Part shown: piece after piece, positions 1-10,338 of the stretch
How the letters are laid out: every line of letters begins with the position of its first letter
Position numbering within the stretch: the first letter of the stretch is position 1
Source of the DNA: Polaromonas sp.
GTDB taxonomy: Bacteria; Pseudomonadota; Gammaproteobacteria; Burkholderiales; Burkholderiaceae_C
Direction of reading: 5' to 3'
Assembly (NCBI GenBank): GCA_031414215.1
Contig: JANNVB010000049.1
Span: 14,862 to 78,861, forward strand
DNA: 64,000 nucleotides
Position numbers and translations under genes: made by a program
Notes under the pieces: generated by a model
The model's input: the letters and a program-made list of their open reading frames with translations, nothing else
Told to the model about the DNA's origin: nothing
Database searches by the model: none

Positions 1-979
1 TGAGCAGCAGCAGCGTGATGACCAGCACCCCAAAGGTAGACAGCGATATCCACCACGCATCAATGTTCGCCTTGCCCTGGCTCAGCAGCTCGCCGAGCGA
101 CGGCGTACCGGGCGGCACGCCCAGGCCCAGAAAGTCGAGCGACGTTAGTGCCAAGATCGCCGCGCTCATCCGAAACGGCAAAAACGTCACCACCGGCGTC
201 ATGCTGTTGGGCAAAATGTGCCGCCACATGATGTGCAGGTTGCTCACGCCCAGCGCCCGCGCGGCGCGTACGTAGTCGAGCTGGCGGTTGCGTAAAAACT
301 CGGCGCGTACGTAGTCAGACAAGCCCATCCAGCCAAACAGGCTAAGCAAAAACAGCAGCAGCGCCACGCTGGGCGCAAAGACGGCGCTGAAAATGATCAA
401 GAGATAAAGCTCGGGCATGGAGCCCCAAATTTCGATAAACCTCTGCGCCACCAGGTCAGTTTTGCCGCCTGCGTAACCTTGAATCGCACCGGTGATCACG
501 CCAATCACCACACCGATTACTGTTAGCGCTAGTCCAAACAAAACACTTAGCCTGAAGCCATAAATCAGCTGCGCCAGCAGGTCGCGCCCCCTGTCGTCAG
601 TGCCGAGCAGGTTGTCTCGTGATGGGGCTGAAGGATTCGGCGACTTGGCAAAGTAGTTGATGGTTTTGGGGCCGTAGGGGTTAGGCGCGTAAATGGCCCA
701 ATTTGGCGCGGTGGTTAGCTTGTCTTTGATGAACGGATCCAGGTAATCAGCGGGCGTGGCAAAGTCGCCGTCAAAGGTTTTTTCTGAATAGTCTTTGGCC
801 ACCGGAAAGTACAGTTTGCCCTGGTAGCTGACGACCAAAGGCTTGTCGGTCGACAGCACATCGGCAAACAGACTGAGCACGACCAGCGTTGAAAAAAGAA
901 CCAGGCTCCAGAAGCCGAGCTTGTTCTTTTTAAAGCGCAGCCACGCGCGTTTGGTGGGGGAAGGCGAAATGACTGACAT
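1..979 (-). CDS. ABC transporter permease (YejE-like), 3' end beyond window
   Basis: Manual minus-strand translation from ATG 979-977 gives MSVISPSPTKRAWLRFKKNKLGFWSLVLFSTLVVLSLFADVLS... The frame stays open to nt 2 (...AWWISLSTFGVLVITLLLL). ATGA start/stop overlap with the upstream permease gene. Absent from the ORF track because its stop is outside the window. Confidence 0.8.
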   Translation of the reverse strand, partial: MSVISPSPTKRAWLRFKKNKLGFWSLVLFSTLVVLSLFADVLSTDKPLVVSYQGKLYFPVAKDYSEKTFDGDFATPADYLDPFIKDKLTTAPNWAIYAPNPYGPKTINYFAKSPNPSAPSRDNLLGTDDRGRDLLAQLIYGFRLSVLFGLALTVIGVVIGVITGAIQGYAGGKTDLVAQRFIEIWGSMPELYLLIIFSAVFAPSVALLLFLLSLFGWMGLSDYVRAEFLRNRQLDYVRAARALGVSNLHIMWRHILPNSMTPVVTFLPFRMSAAILALTSLDFLGLGVPPGTPSLGELLSQGKANIDAWWISLSTFGVLVITLLLL

Positions 980-2013
980 CAGTCGAACTTCACGCGTGGG
1001 TCAACCAAAACATAGCAAAGATCACTGATCAGCTTCGTCGCCAGCCCAATCAGCGTGAACAAATACAGCGTTCCCAGCACCACCGGGTAGTCACGCCGAA
1101 TGATGCTTTCATAACTGAGCAACCCCAAGCCATCGAGTGAAAACAGTGTTTCTATCAACAGAGAACCGGTGAAAAAAGCGCCAATGAAAGCCGCCGGGAA
1201 ACCGGTGATGATGGGGATCAACGCATTGCGAAACACGTGCTTGTACAGTACCTGCCGCTCGCTCAAACCCTTGGCGCGCGCCGTCAGCACATACTGCTTG
1301 CGTATTTCTTCCAAAAACGAGTTTTTCGTCAGCACCGCCGTTACCGCAAAGCTGCCCAGCACCATCGCAATGATGGGCAGCGTGATGTGCCACAGGTAAT
1401 CCACGATTTTTGCGCCCAAGCTCAATGTTTCCCAGTTGCTGGACGTCAGCCCGCGCAGCGGAAACCACTGCAGCTGCCCGCCAAACACCACCAGCAGCGC
1501 CACCCCCAACACAAACCCGGGAATCGCATAACCCACAAGAACGATCAGGCTGGTGATGAAGTCAAAGCGCGACCCAGCACGCACCGCTTTGGCCACGCCC
1601 AGCGGCACAGCTATCAGGTAGCTGATGAAAAACGTCCACAAGCCGAGGCTGATGGAGACGGGCAGCTTTTCTTTGACCAGTTGCCACACGTCCTTGTTTT
1701 GATAAAAACTTTTGCCCAAATCAAAGGTAGCAAACTGCTTGAGCATTTGCCAGAAGCGCTCATGCACCGGCTTGTCAAAGCCATACAGCACCTTGATTTC
1801 TTCAATGCGTTTGGCATCTACCCCCTGCCTGCCCCGGTAACCGGCGCCTGTTGCGGCGGCGCTTTCACCACCCGAGTCACGGCCCTGCAACTGCGCCACC
1901 ATTTGCTCGACCGGCCCGCCGGGTACAAACTGCACCATGGCAAAAGTCAGCAGCAGCACGCCGAACAAAGTCGGAATCATCAGCAGCAGGCGTTTGAGGA
2001 TGTAGCTGGCCAT
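979..2013 (-). CDS. ABC transporter permease (YejB-like, peptide/opine family)
   Basis: 344-aa multi-TM ORF with a true ATG. Conserved permease loop region ...YVLTARAKGLSERQVLYKHVFRNALIPIITG... In an operon with the binding protein and the second permease. Confidence 0.85.
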   Translation of the reverse strand: MASYILKRLLLMIPTLFGVLLLTFAMVQFVPGGPVEQMVAQLQGRDSGGESAAATGAGYRGRQGVDAKRIEEIKVLYGFDKPVHERFWQMLKQFATFDLGKSFYQNKDVWQLVKEKLPVSISLGLWTFFISYLIAVPLGVAKAVRAGSRFDFITSLIVLVGYAIPGFVLGVALLVVFGGQLQWFPLRGLTSSNWETLSLGAKIVDYLWHITLPIIAMVLGSFAVTAVLTKNSFLEEIRKQYVLTARAKGLSERQVLYKHVFRNALIPIITGFPAAFIGAFFTGSLLIETLFSLDGLGLLSYESIIRRDYPVVLGTLYLFTLIGLATKLISDLCYVLVDPRVKFD

Positions 2014-3809
2014 TATTTATTCTTCCCAGATGCCCACCAAGTCGACATGGCCCAAATACCCGCATCGTAGTAAGGCGGGATAGCAGCTGGCAACACAAAC
2101 TGCCCCGGCCTGTAGCCAATCAAGAATGCGTCGCCGTAATACTGCGGCACAGAGTAGTGGCCATGTGTCAGCACCCGGTCCAGCGCGCGCGTGGCGGCTG
2201 ACAAATCAGGCCGCGTGGTGGCCGTTACTATTTTTTGCAGCAGCGCATCCACCGCCGGGTCGGCAATGCCCCAAATGTTGGACGAACCCGGCGTTTTGGC
2301 GGCTTCAGAGCCGAAACGCTCGATCAATTCACCACCCGGCGCTGTAGAGCCCGGCAGGCGCGCGGTGGTGATTTCAAAGTCAAAGGCATCCATTTTTTGT
2401 TTGCTCAATGAAAAGTCAACCACCCGATACACCAGTGTGATGCCCAGCTTTTCAAGCGCTTTTTGAAACGGCCCAACTACACGAATCAGCGATGGCTGGT
2501 CGCTCAAAAACGTCATCGTGAACGCTTCGCCCTTGGCGTTGCGCAGCGCGCCGTCTTTGTAGACCCAGCCGGCATCTTTCAGCAGCGCCTGGGCCTTGCG
2601 CAGGTTGTCACGCAGGCTGGCAGGTGGTGCGGTGCTGGCACCCACGGGCACAGCGCCAAAAACTTCCGGCTTTAATTTATCGCGCAGTGGCTCCAGCAGC
2701 GCCAACTCGTCTGGCTTGGGCAAACCTTCGGCATGAAACTCGCTGTTCGGAAAGTAGCCGTTCACGCGCTTGTAAATGCCGTAAAACAGCTGGCGGTTCA
2801 TCCATTCAAAATCAAGCGCCAGGCCAATCGCTTGACGTACCCGCACATCTTGAAACTTCGGGTTGCGCAGGTTGAACACATAGCCCTGAAAGTCGCCGGG
2901 GTTGCGGTTTTCAAACGCACGCTTGACCAGCTCGCCCGATGTGAACTGCTTGCCGGTGTACTGCCGGGCCCAGTTGCGCGAAATGAATTCACGCATGAAG
3001 TCATATTCGCCGGCTTTCAGCCCCTCAAAACGCGAGGTTTCGTCAAGGTAAATCTTGAACGTAATGCGGTCGAAGTTGAATTGCCCTTTGCGCGTCGGCA
3101 AATCTGCTGCCCAGTAGTTGGGGTCACGTACATAAGTGATGTCGCGGCCCATTTTGTTGTTGGGCAGTTTGTAGGGGCCAGAACCGATGGGAATGTCGGC
3201 CACGATTTTGTCGAAGGGTCTACCCCCACCCCACTTGCTGCTGAACACCGGCATACCGCCCACCACCAGCGGCAGTTCGGGGTTGGGAGTTGCAAAGTCA
3301 AAGCGCACCACGCGGTCACTGACAACAACAACGCCTTTGACTTCGGCATAAATGGTGCGGAACTGCGGCGCGGCCAGCTTGCTGACCAGTTGCGTGTACG
3401 AATGCAGAACGTCGGCGGCCAAAACGGGCGAACCATCATGAAACCGTGCTTTGGGGTTGAGCCTGAAGGTGGCGGAAAGCTTGTCTGCCGCCACCTCCAC
3501 ATCTTCAGCCAGCAAGCCGTAGGACGTGGTGGGCTCCTCGCTATTACCCACCAGCAGGCTTTCAACCATCAACGTGCTGATGCCGTAAGGCGATGTACCG
3601 CGCAGGGTAAACGGGTTGAACTTGTCAAAGTTGGTGGGCCGGGTTGGCGGCACCATGCGGATTTCTCCGCCCTTGGGTGCTGCGGGGTTCACGTAGCTGA
3701 AATGTGTGAACCCGGCTGGGTACTTGATGTCGCCAAACTGGGCGTACGCGTGCGCTGCCCAGGTGCTTGAACAGGCCATCAACAGTAAAAAACTCAGCAC
3801 AGTGCGCAT
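2013..3809 (-). CDS. ABC transporter substrate-binding protein, family 5 (YejA-like)
   Basis: The track ORF 2013..3824 starts at TTG. ATG at 3809 gives the signal peptide [21 protein letters not shown]. About 600 aa, typical of peptide/nickel/opine-type SBPs. 1-nt TAATG overlap with the permease gene. Confidence 0.85.
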   Translation of the reverse strand: MRTVLSFLLLMACSSTWAAHAYAQFGDIKYPAGFTHFSYVNPAAPKGGEIRMVPPTRPTNFDKFNPFTLRGTSPYGISTLMVESLLVGNSEEPTTSYGLLAEDVEVAADKLSATFRLNPKARFHDGSPVLAADVLHSYTQLVSKLAAPQFRTIYAEVKGVVVVSDRVVRFDFATPNPELPLVVGGMPVFSSKWGGGRPFDKIVADIPIGSGPYKLPNNKMGRDITYVRDPNYWAADLPTRKGQFNFDRITFKIYLDETSRFEGLKAGEYDFMREFISRNWARQYTGKQFTSGELVKRAFENRNPGDFQGYVFNLRNPKFQDVRVRQAIGLALDFEWMNRQLFYGIYKRVNGYFPNSEFHAEGLPKPDELALLEPLRDKLKPEVFGAVPVGASTAPPASLRDNLRKAQALLKDAGWVYKDGALRNAKGEAFTMTFLSDQPSLIRVVGPFQKALEKLGITLVYRVVDFSLSKQKMDAFDFEITTARLPGSTAPGGELIERFGSEAAKTPGSSNIWGIADPAVDALLQKIVTATTRPDLSAATRALDRVLTHGHYSVPQYYGDAFLIGYRPGQFVLPAAIPPYYDAGIWAMSTWWASGKNK

Positions 3810-3846
3810 GTCACAATTCTGCAAGATTTTTCATAAGGAATACGTC

Positions 3847-4635
3847 ATGGGTTTTTTAACTGGCAAAAAATTATTGATTACTGGTGTGTTGAGCAACCGC
3901 TCGATCGCTTACGGCATCGCCAAAGCGTGCAAGGCTCAAGGCGCTGAGCTGGCTTTTGCCTATGTGGGCGAGCGTTTCAAGGCACGCATCACCGAGTTTG
4001 CGGCAGACTTTGACTCGACCCTGATTTTTGACTGCGACGTGGGCAGCGACGAGCAAATTACTCAACTATTCACCGACCTGGCCAAAGTTTGGCCCAAGTT
4101 TGACGGTTTTGTACACAGCATTGGTTTTGCGCCCAAAGAAGCGATTTCAGGCGACTTTCTCGAAGGCTTGTCGCGCGAGGGCTTCAAAATCGCCCACGAC
4201 ATCAGCGCCTACAGCTTCCCGGCGATGGCCAAGGCTGCCCTGCCCTACCTGAATGACAAATCAGCGTTGCTGACGTTGACCTACCTGGGCGCGCTGCGCG
4301 TACTGCCCAACTACAACACCATGGGCCTGGCCAAGGCGAGTCTGGAGGCATCGGTGCGCTACACGGCTGAATCACTGGGCCCCAAAAACATTCGCGTCAA
4401 CGGCATTAGCGCCGGGCCCATCAAAACCCTGGCGGCTAGCGGTATTGCAGGCTTTAGTAAAATATTAGGCGCGGTAGCAGCCGCTGCACCGATGCGCCGC
4501 AATGTGACGATTGAAGAAGTCGGCAACGTGGCCGCGTTTTTAATGAGTGACCTGGCCAGCGGCGTAACGGCTGAAATCACCTATGTCGATGGTGGCTTTA
4601 GCCAGGTGGTGGGCGGGATTGCTGAATCCGCCTAA
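3847..4635 (+). CDS. fabI: enoyl-[acyl-carrier-protein] reductase (NADH)
   Basis: [27 protein letters not shown] nucleotide-binding N-terminus. Y-x6-K region [34 protein letters not shown] at 3847 chosen inside the longer track ORF 3706..4635. Confidence 0.9.
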   Translation: MGFLTGKKLLITGVLSNRSIAYGIAKACKAQGAELAFAYVGERFKARITEFAADFDSTLIFDCDVGSDEQITQLFTDLAKVWPKFDGFVHSIGFAPKEAISGDFLEGLSREGFKIAHDISAYSFPAMAKAALPYLNDKSALLTLTYLGALRVLPNYNTMGLAKASLEASVRYTAESLGPKNIRVNGISAGPIKTLAASGIAGFSKILGAVAAAAPMRRNVTIEEVGNVAAFLMSDLASGVTAEITYVDGGFSQVVGGIAESA

Positions 4636-4642
4636 ATCTAAG

Positions 4643-4702
4643 CGCTACGTTATTCGTAGCTGCTTGCGCCCGTATTCATTGGGCTAAAGGCCTTTTTATA
4701 GG
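4643..4702 (+). repeat. Family-A repeat, solo end (hairpin GCTAC-N7-GTAGC + core + tail)
   Basis: gctacgttattcgtagcTGCTTGCGCCCGTATTCATTGGgctaaaggcctttttatagg, in the intergenic region after fabI. Confidence 0.85.
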
Positions 4703-4711
4703 TGAAAACAC

Positions 4712-5821
4712 ATGATTTCTGTCCCAAACGCCTTCTCCAGCAGCTACGCACAGGCCAGAGTCAAGTTTTTAGAAGCTGCGGCCATCGCTGGCTTGCAGGT
4801 TCAGTCACACGCGCACCCACTCAAGGGCCGTGACGGTGAAGACTTGGCGATGGACGTGGCGCGTGATGGCGCACTTGGTGCTGAGAATTTGCTCATCGTC
4901 AGCAGCGCCTGCCACGGGGTAGAAGGCTATTGCGGCAGCGGCGTGCAGGTGCATGCGCTGCACGATGCGGAGTGGCTTGCAAAATCCCGCGCATCTGGCA
5001 CAGCGGTTTTGTACATCCATGCGCTCAACCCGTATGGTTTTTCTCACATCCGCCGCACGACGCATGAAAACGTGGACTTGAACCGCAATTTTCAGGACTT
5101 CACCAAGCCCCTGCCCGACAACGCCGCCTACCGCGCTTTGGAGCCGCTGATATTGCCCGAAGCCTGGCCGCCGACTGCAGACAACGAGGCCGCCATTGCA
5201 GATTTCATAGCTACAAACGGCCAGTTGGCCTATCAGTCAGCCATCACCCAAGGCCAGCACGAATTTGCCGACGGCCTATTTTACGGTGGTAACAGCCCAA
5301 CCTGGAGCAACCAGACCCTGCGCGGCGTGCTGCGCCAGCATACAAAATCCGCCAAACGCATCGGCTGGATAGACCTGCATACTGGCCTGGGCGCCAGTGG
5401 CCACGGCGAGCGTATTTGGGCGGGGCGTGATGATGCCGTAGCTGTGGCGCGGGCCAGAAGCTGGTGGGGTGGCGGCAAAGACGGCAACGCGGCCACGCCC
5501 ATCACGTCGATTTACGACGGCTCATCCACTTCTGCTTTTTTAACCGGCCTGATGTGGCATTCGATCTACCAGGAAGCGCCCCAAGCCGAATACACGGGTA
5601 TCGCGATGGAATACGGCACCGTACCCGTGCTGGACGTGCTGGGCGCTCTGCGCGCCGAACACTGGCTGAACAACCACCCCAATGCACCAGCAGAGCTGGC
5701 AAGCCAGATCAAGGCGCAAATGATGACCGCGTTTTACACCGACACCGACCTGTGGCGCGGCCAGATCATCAGCCAGGCGCGCCAATCGATGTTTCAGGCG
5801 GTGGATGGGCTGAGTTCTTGA
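4712..5821 (+). CDS. M14-type zinc carboxypeptidase-like protein (DUF2817-like)
   Basis: 369-aa ORF. HxxE zinc motif in SSACHGVEGY and a later His in IDLHTGLG, as in the M14/succinylglutamate-desuccinylase fold. The family name is from memory only. Confidence 0.55.
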   Translation: MISVPNAFSSSYAQARVKFLEAAAIAGLQVQSHAHPLKGRDGEDLAMDVARDGALGAENLLIVSSACHGVEGYCGSGVQVHALHDAEWLAKSRASGTAVLYIHALNPYGFSHIRRTTHENVDLNRNFQDFTKPLPDNAAYRALEPLILPEAWPPTADNEAAIADFIATNGQLAYQSAITQGQHEFADGLFYGGNSPTWSNQTLRGVLRQHTKSAKRIGWIDLHTGLGASGHGERIWAGRDDAVAVARARSWWGGGKDGNAATPITSIYDGSSTSAFLTGLMWHSIYQEAPQAEYTGIAMEYGTVPVLDVLGALRAEHWLNNHPNAPAELASQIKAQMMTAFYTDTDLWRGQIISQARQSMFQAVDGLSS

Positions 5822-5921
5822 AGCTTTGGATGCTGGCAAATGCGTCAAATACCCACTGTCACAAATGGGTCTTGAGAAGAGATTAGATTGATCCTCTAAC
5901 TTTTTTTATGGAGCTTTTCAA

Positions 5922-6278
5922 ATGAATACTCTAGAAATCGCGCAAGCCTTTACCGACCTGTGCAAAAAAGGAGAGTTTGAGGCGGCTGGCAAACAATACT
6001 GGTCAGACGAAATCGTCTCCTGCGAGCCGCAAGCGGGCGACATGTCAGAGGTCAAAGGGCGTGCAGCGGTAGAAGCCAAAGGCGCCTGGTGGTATGCCAA
6101 TCACGAGATCCACAGTGTCAAAGTTGAAGGCCCGCACGTTCATGGCCACCAGTTTGTGGTGCGCTTTATCATGGACATCACGCCCAAAGGCGCAAACCGC
6201 ATGACCGCAGATGAGATGGGCGTGTATACCGTGCTGGAAGAAAAAATAGTCGAAGAACGGTTCTTTTACGGGACTTGA
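5922..6278 (+). CDS. SnoaL/NTF2-like small protein, function unknown
   Basis: 118-aa ORF with an SD-like GGAG upstream of the ATG. Sequence character MNTLEIAQAFTDLCKKGEFEAAGKQYWSDE... resembles SnoaL-like domain proteins. Confidence 0.45.
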   Translation: MNTLEIAQAFTDLCKKGEFEAAGKQYWSDEIVSCEPQAGDMSEVKGRAAVEAKGAWWYANHEIHSVKVEGPHVHGHQFVVRFIMDITPKGANRMTADEMGVYTVLEEKIVEERFFYGT

Positions 6279-6406
6279 GCGGCATTGAAGAGCTGCGCGT
6301 CTTGAACTGAAATAAACCGAAACATTTCGCCACCGCCCAGACAAGATTTCTATGCGCCCGCCGGGCACCATTGAGGCTTCTTAACAACGCCTTTAAAGGA
6401 CGCATC

Positions 6407-6865
6407 ATGAAACTCTGGATTAAACGAACACTGGCTACCGCTCTGGGTGCCACACTGGTGATTGGCTCGCTGGCTGCCTGCTCGGGTGGCCGACATGGCG
6501 ACAAGATGACGGACGCCGACATCGCGGCCAAGCAAACCAAAATGGTGGAGTATGCTGGCAAGAAGCTTGACTTGAACGACGCGCAAAAGCAGCGTTTGAG
6601 TGTGCTGGGCGACAAACTGCGTGAGCAGCGCACCGCCCTGATCGGCAAAACCACAGACCCACGTGCCGAGCTGCAAAGCCTGGTGGCGGGCACCACGCTC
6701 GACAAGGCCAAGGCACAGGCCATGATTGAAGAAAAAACCAGCGCCCTACGCAGCAAAAGCCCTGAAGTGATTGCCGCCGCCGCTGACTTTTACGATAGCC
6801 TGAACCCTGCCCAGCAGCAACAAGTGCGCGACTTGATGCAGCGCCGCAAAGGCTGGCGTGGTTGA
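6407..6865 (+). CDS. periplasmic Spy/CpxP-like protein (lipoprotein signal)
   Basis: MKLWIKRTLATALGATLVIGSLAAC lipobox. Two LTXXQ-like motifs (LNDAQ, LNPAQ). Sits directly upstream of an OmpR/HK pair. ATG 6407 chosen inside the track ORF 6371..6865. Confidence 0.55.
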   Translation: MKLWIKRTLATALGATLVIGSLAACSGGRHGDKMTDADIAAKQTKMVEYAGKKLDLNDAQKQRLSVLGDKLREQRTALIGKTTDPRAELQSLVAGTTLDKAKAQAMIEEKTSALRSKSPEVIAAAADFYDSLNPAQQQQVRDLMQRRKGWRG

Positions 6866-6987
6866 TCTGGTCGGCGTTGCCATAGGCGCAGTGGCTGCCT
6901 TTGTTGCGGTGGGGGTGGGAATTTATTTCTCCCGAAACCGTGACCCTTGGTAAGCCTTGGTCAGCTTAAACAACGGCAGAATGCAGC

Positions 6988-7665
6988 ATGTCCAAAATTC
7001 TGCTGATTGACGACGACGAACAGCTATCTGCGCCACTGGCGGCGTACTTCAAACGCTTTGACCTGCTGCTAGAAAGCGCCACTCGCCCAAGCTTGGGCGT
7101 TGCCAAGCTGAGCGGTGGCGGCTTTGACGCTGCGATTCTGGACGTGATGCTGCCTGAGATGGACGGCTTTGAGCTGTGCCGCACCATTCGCAAAACCAGT
7201 GACATCCCCATCATCATGCTCACAGCCCGTGGCGAGGTGATGGACCGGGTCGTGGGGCTGGAGCTGGGCGCTGACGACTATTTGCCCAAACCGTTTGAGC
7301 CGCGTGAGCTGGTGGCGCGCCTGCAAACCGTACTGCGCCGACGCAGATTGCCTGCTGACAAACAGCGCCTGGTTTTTGACGGCCTGGAGATTGATTTAGA
7401 TACCCACACCGTGCTGCGGCACGGCCAGGCCGTGACGCTAACAGGCACTGAATACGCCTTGCTCTCGCTGCTGGCAGGCACGCCCGGCAAAGTCTTTTCT
7501 AGAGACGATATCTTGAACCAGCTGCGTGGCCATGAGGCTGATTTGTTCAGCCGCTCGGTCGACATTGTGGTCAGCCGCCTGCGCAAAAAGCTCGAACCCC
7601 TGGACTGCATCAAGACGCTGCGCAATGCGGGCTATTCATTGGCCGTGGGCCGGGCCACGGCGTAA
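6988..7665 (+). CDS. OmpR-family response regulator
   Basis: REC domain (LLIDDDEQL...DAAILDVMLPEMDGFEL...TARGE) plus a winged-helix C-terminus (...LTGTEYALLSLLA...VDIVVSRLRKKLE). Confidence 0.9.
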   Translation: MSKILLIDDDEQLSAPLAAYFKRFDLLLESATRPSLGVAKLSGGGFDAAILDVMLPEMDGFELCRTIRKTSDIPIIMLTARGEVMDRVVGLELGADDYLPKPFEPRELVARLQTVLRRRRLPADKQRLVFDGLEIDLDTHTVLRHGQAVTLTGTEYALLSLLAGTPGKVFSRDDILNQLRGHEADLFSRSVDIVVSRLRKKLEPLDCIKTLRNAGYSLAVGRATA

Positions 7666-7671
7666 ACACAC

Positions 7672-8985
7672 ATGAAAAACAACAACAACCAACCCAAAAG
7701 CTGGCTGCACCGCCTGGGGCATTCATTGCGTTTGCGGCTGTTGCTGCTTTTTTTGCTGCTGGCCCTGGCCATGAGTGCGGCTTTTATTGGCGGCACCAAA
7801 AAAGCGTTTTCAACCGGCTGGCGCGAGGCCGTCAAGCCGCTGCTGACGGATTACGTGGACAGGCTGGCGGCAGATATGGGTTCGCCACCTGATGCGCAAA
7901 AAGCCAGATTACTGGTAGGGCGCCTGCCCATCTCAGTGCGGATTGAAGGCCCGGCAACCCAATTTGACTCGCACCCCAATCGCCCCTCGGACAAGTGGCA
8001 GCAAGACAACCGCGACTATGGCTCGGGTGAGACAAACCAGAACTTTCTAAAACGTAAAACACCTGACGGCCACACCATCACCTTCGGGCTGGGCAACATG
8101 GAATGGCGGCGCGGGCCCGACATGGCCGGCTGGCTCACGCTGGCGATGCTGCTGGGGCTGACGGCGCTGGCCTTTGCCTATGTGCGCCGCCTGTTCAAGC
8201 CACTGGACGACATTGGCGCGGGGGTGCAGCGCTTTGGCGCAGGTAACTTCAGCCAGCCGATTGCCGTGCGTAGAAGTGACGAGTTGGGCGACCTAGCCGG
8301 GCAAATCAACACCATGGGCCAAGAAATTGCGCAAATGCTGGACGCCAAACGCGCCCTGCTGCTGGCCATCAGCCACGAGCTGCGCTCCCCCCTGACCCGT
8401 GCCCGCCTGAACACCGAGCTGCTGCCCGAAACCGGCGACACCCAAGACCAACGAAGCGCCCTGCTCCGCGACCTGGCCGAAATGGCGCAGCTGATTACCG
8501 ACCTGCTGGAAAGCGAACGCCTGAGCGGCAGCCATGCGGCACTGAACCTGGAGCCGACTGACCTAGGTGAGCTGGTGCAGGAAGTGGTTGCAGGCATGAG
8601 CAACTCCGCTCCGCTACAAATCAAGTTTGATGCAGATTTACCGCGGCTGCAACTGGACCGTACCCGCATCAAGCTGCTGCTGCGCAACCTGCTAGACAAC
8701 GCCCAGCGCCACGGCCAGGGGCCGATTGACTTGAATCTGAGCCGCGCTGGCAACGACCTGCTGCTAACCGTACGCGACCACGGCCCCGGCATCCCGGCAG
8801 ACCAACTGCCCCAACTGGGCCAAGCCTTCTTCAGGCTAGACACAGCCCGCCAGCGCAGCACAGGCGGTGTGGGGCTGGGCCTGTACCTGTGCCGCCTGGT
8901 GGCCATGGCGCATGGTGGGGAGTTGGTGCTTGAAAACGCCGAGCCGGGGCTGCGAGCTTGTGTACGGCTACCAGTCGCTATATAA
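7672..8985 (+). CDS. sensor histidine kinase (TM-HAMP-HisKA-HATPase)
   Basis: H-box SHELRSPLTRA. N, G1 and G2 regions (LLDNAQRHG, DHGPGIP, GGVGLGLYLC). The last two codons plus the stop (GCT ATA TAA) lie inside the hairpin of the following repeat. Confidence 0.9.
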   Translation: MKNNNNQPKSWLHRLGHSLRLRLLLLFLLLALAMSAAFIGGTKKAFSTGWREAVKPLLTDYVDRLAADMGSPPDAQKARLLVGRLPISVRIEGPATQFDSHPNRPSDKWQQDNRDYGSGETNQNFLKRKTPDGHTITFGLGNMEWRRGPDMAGWLTLAMLLGLTALAFAYVRRLFKPLDDIGAGVQRFGAGNFSQPIAVRRSDELGDLAGQINTMGQEIAQMLDAKRALLLAISHELRSPLTRARLNTELLPETGDTQDQRSALLRDLAEMAQLITDLLESERLSGSHAALNLEPTDLGELVQEVVAGMSNSAPLQIKFDADLPRLQLDRTRIKLLLRNLLDNAQRHGQGPIDLNLSRAGNDLLLTVRDHGPGIPADQLPQLGQAFFRLDTARQRSTGGVGLGLYLCRLVAMAHGGELVLENAEPGLRACVRLPVAI

Positions 8986-9187
8986 ACCGTAGCTGCTTGC
9001 GCTCGTATTTATTGGTCTTGAGCCCTAAATGAGCACCTAAAACAGCTGAAAAAGCGGTTTTTGTAGGTGCTTCAAGCCCTGTTTTGGCTTGAAAGCAGGT
9101 TTGAAAGGCAAAAAAGGCCGATTTTTACCTGCCAAATTGGCCTACATGCCAATGAATACGGGCGAAATCAGCTCCTGAATTTATAGC
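8977..9187. mobile_element. Family-A repeat, full-length ~210-bp MITE-like copy with inverted ends
   Basis: Left end gctatataaaccgtagcTGCTTGCGCTCGTATTTATTGG (8977-9015). Right end CCAATGAATACGGGCGAAATCAGCtcctgaatttatagc (9149-9187). Internal hairpin gcacctaaaa...ttttgtaggtgc. No ORF. Confidence 0.8.
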
Positions 9188-9489
9188 GCCTAAATGACCT
9201 GACGCGTTTGCCATTCAAGCCAAAACCTTCCGTTTATCGGGCGTGCTGTGCGACATTTTGCAAGCTATAGTCAAAGTGACCAAACAAGCAGACCACGCTG
9301 GCTGACCTCAACCAGGTCAGCAAACAGCAAAACCAGCTTGCCGGGTTTCACGGAATTTTTAAACCGCTAAATAAACAGATCGATGCCTTGAAACCCAACA
9401 GGCAAGCCAGTTTCAGGAGATTTTGATGTCCAGATTATGTTGCAGCGCCATTTTTTTCCTGAGGGTTTTACGTTGCAAATTAAGTAAGC

Positions 9490-10224
9490 GTGCACATGTT
9501 GACTAGGGATGAAGTTCTAAATGAAATTCGGCGTGTCGCTGCCGAAAACGGCGGCGTGGCTCCGGGTAAGGTGGCGTTCCTGACAGCGACCGGTATACGT
9601 GAGTCAGATTGGAGCGGACGTATCTGGACGACATGGAGCGCGGCAGTTCGCGAGGCTGGCTTAGAACCCCAGAGAATGAATCCACGCCTGCAAGACGATG
9701 TCGTCCTCGATGCCGCCGCTCAAATCGTCCGGAAATATGGTCGCTTTCCTACTGCAGTGGAAATTCGTTTTGAATGCAAGGCGGGTTCCGGACTTCCAAG
9801 TCACAACACGTTCCTTCGTTTCGGGGGTCTTGGCGGTCTGCGTACTCGCCTCTGTGAGTTTGCGCGTGAGCGAGAGCAACACGACATACTTTCCTTACTT
9901 CCGAATCAAACTGAAGAAATGGACGTCACGGGTTCAGAGCACGATGACATCAGCGATAAAGCACTTGTCGAGGGATTTGTTTACCTCATCAAATCTGGGA
10001 GGCACTTTAAGATTGGCAAGGCAAATTCTGTCGAATCGCGGCACCGACAACTGAAAATTCAATTGCCACAGGCGGCCGCAGTAATTCACAGAATCCGGAC
10101 AGATGACCCCTTCGGCATAGAGTCATACTGGCATCGCAGGTTCGCTGACAAGCGGTTGAACGGCGAGTGGTTTGCTCTCTCGGGAGAAGATATCAAGCTA
10201 TTCAAACGTAGAAAGTTTATGTGA
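9490..10224 (+). CDS. GIY-YIG/T5orf172 (MUG113)-like nuclease-domain protein with two N-terminal homing-endonuclease-associated-like repeats
   Basis: C-terminus GFVYLIKSGRHFKIGKANSVESRHRQLK...ESYWHRRFADKRLNGEWFAL fits the GIY-YIG/T5orf172 pattern. The N-terminus has two similar units (LTRDEVLNEIRRVAAENGG.. and DDVVLDAAAQIVRKYGRFPT..). GTG at 9490 or ATG at 9496. Sampled lines are ~45-50% G+C versus >60% in neighbouring genes. Confidence 0.65.
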   Translation: MHMLTRDEVLNEIRRVAAENGGVAPGKVAFLTATGIRESDWSGRIWTTWSAAVREAGLEPQRMNPRLQDDVVLDAAAQIVRKYGRFPTAVEIRFECKAGSGLPSHNTFLRFGGLGGLRTRLCEFAREREQHDILSLLPNQTEEMDVTGSEHDDISDKALVEGFVYLIKSGRHFKIGKANSVESRHRQLKIQLPQAAAVIHRIRTDDPFGIESYWHRRFADKRLNGEWFALSGEDIKLFKRRKFM

Positions 10225-10276
10225 CCCAATTTTTGCCAGGTAATCCCTCAGCCGAAGAAACAATTGGAGAAACAAC

Positions 10277-10306
10277 GGGGGGCAAACTCCAATTGATTTC
10301 AAAACC
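10277..10306 (+). repeat. Family-B repeat fragment (GGGGCAAACTCCAATTGATTTCAA)
   Basis: ggggggcaaactccaattgatttcaaaacc. 24/26 identical to 12609-12634. Related to the GGGTCAGACCCC palindrome at 34305. Confidence 0.7.
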
Positions 10307-10338
10307 AGGTCGGCGTGCAGGTCTGCAACCGCCGAATA

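Noticed and set aside
15-275. 86-aa plus-strand ORF at the window start
   Set aside because: It lies antisense inside the YejE-like permease gene, which reads cleanly on the minus strand.
2733-3770. 345-aa plus-strand ORF overlapping the substrate-binding-protein gene
   Set aside because: It is antisense shadow ORF typical of high-GC DNA. The protein is low-complexity and Arg/Ala/Val/Gly-rich, has no motifs, and lies entirely inside a well-supported minus-strand gene.
9426-9506. 26-codon ORF (MSRLCCSAIFFLRVLRCKLSKRAHVD) with an AGGAG SD, overlapping the start of the GIY-YIG gene
   Set aside because: It is too short and unconserved-looking to call. It could be a leader peptide, but there is no supporting evidence beyond the SD.
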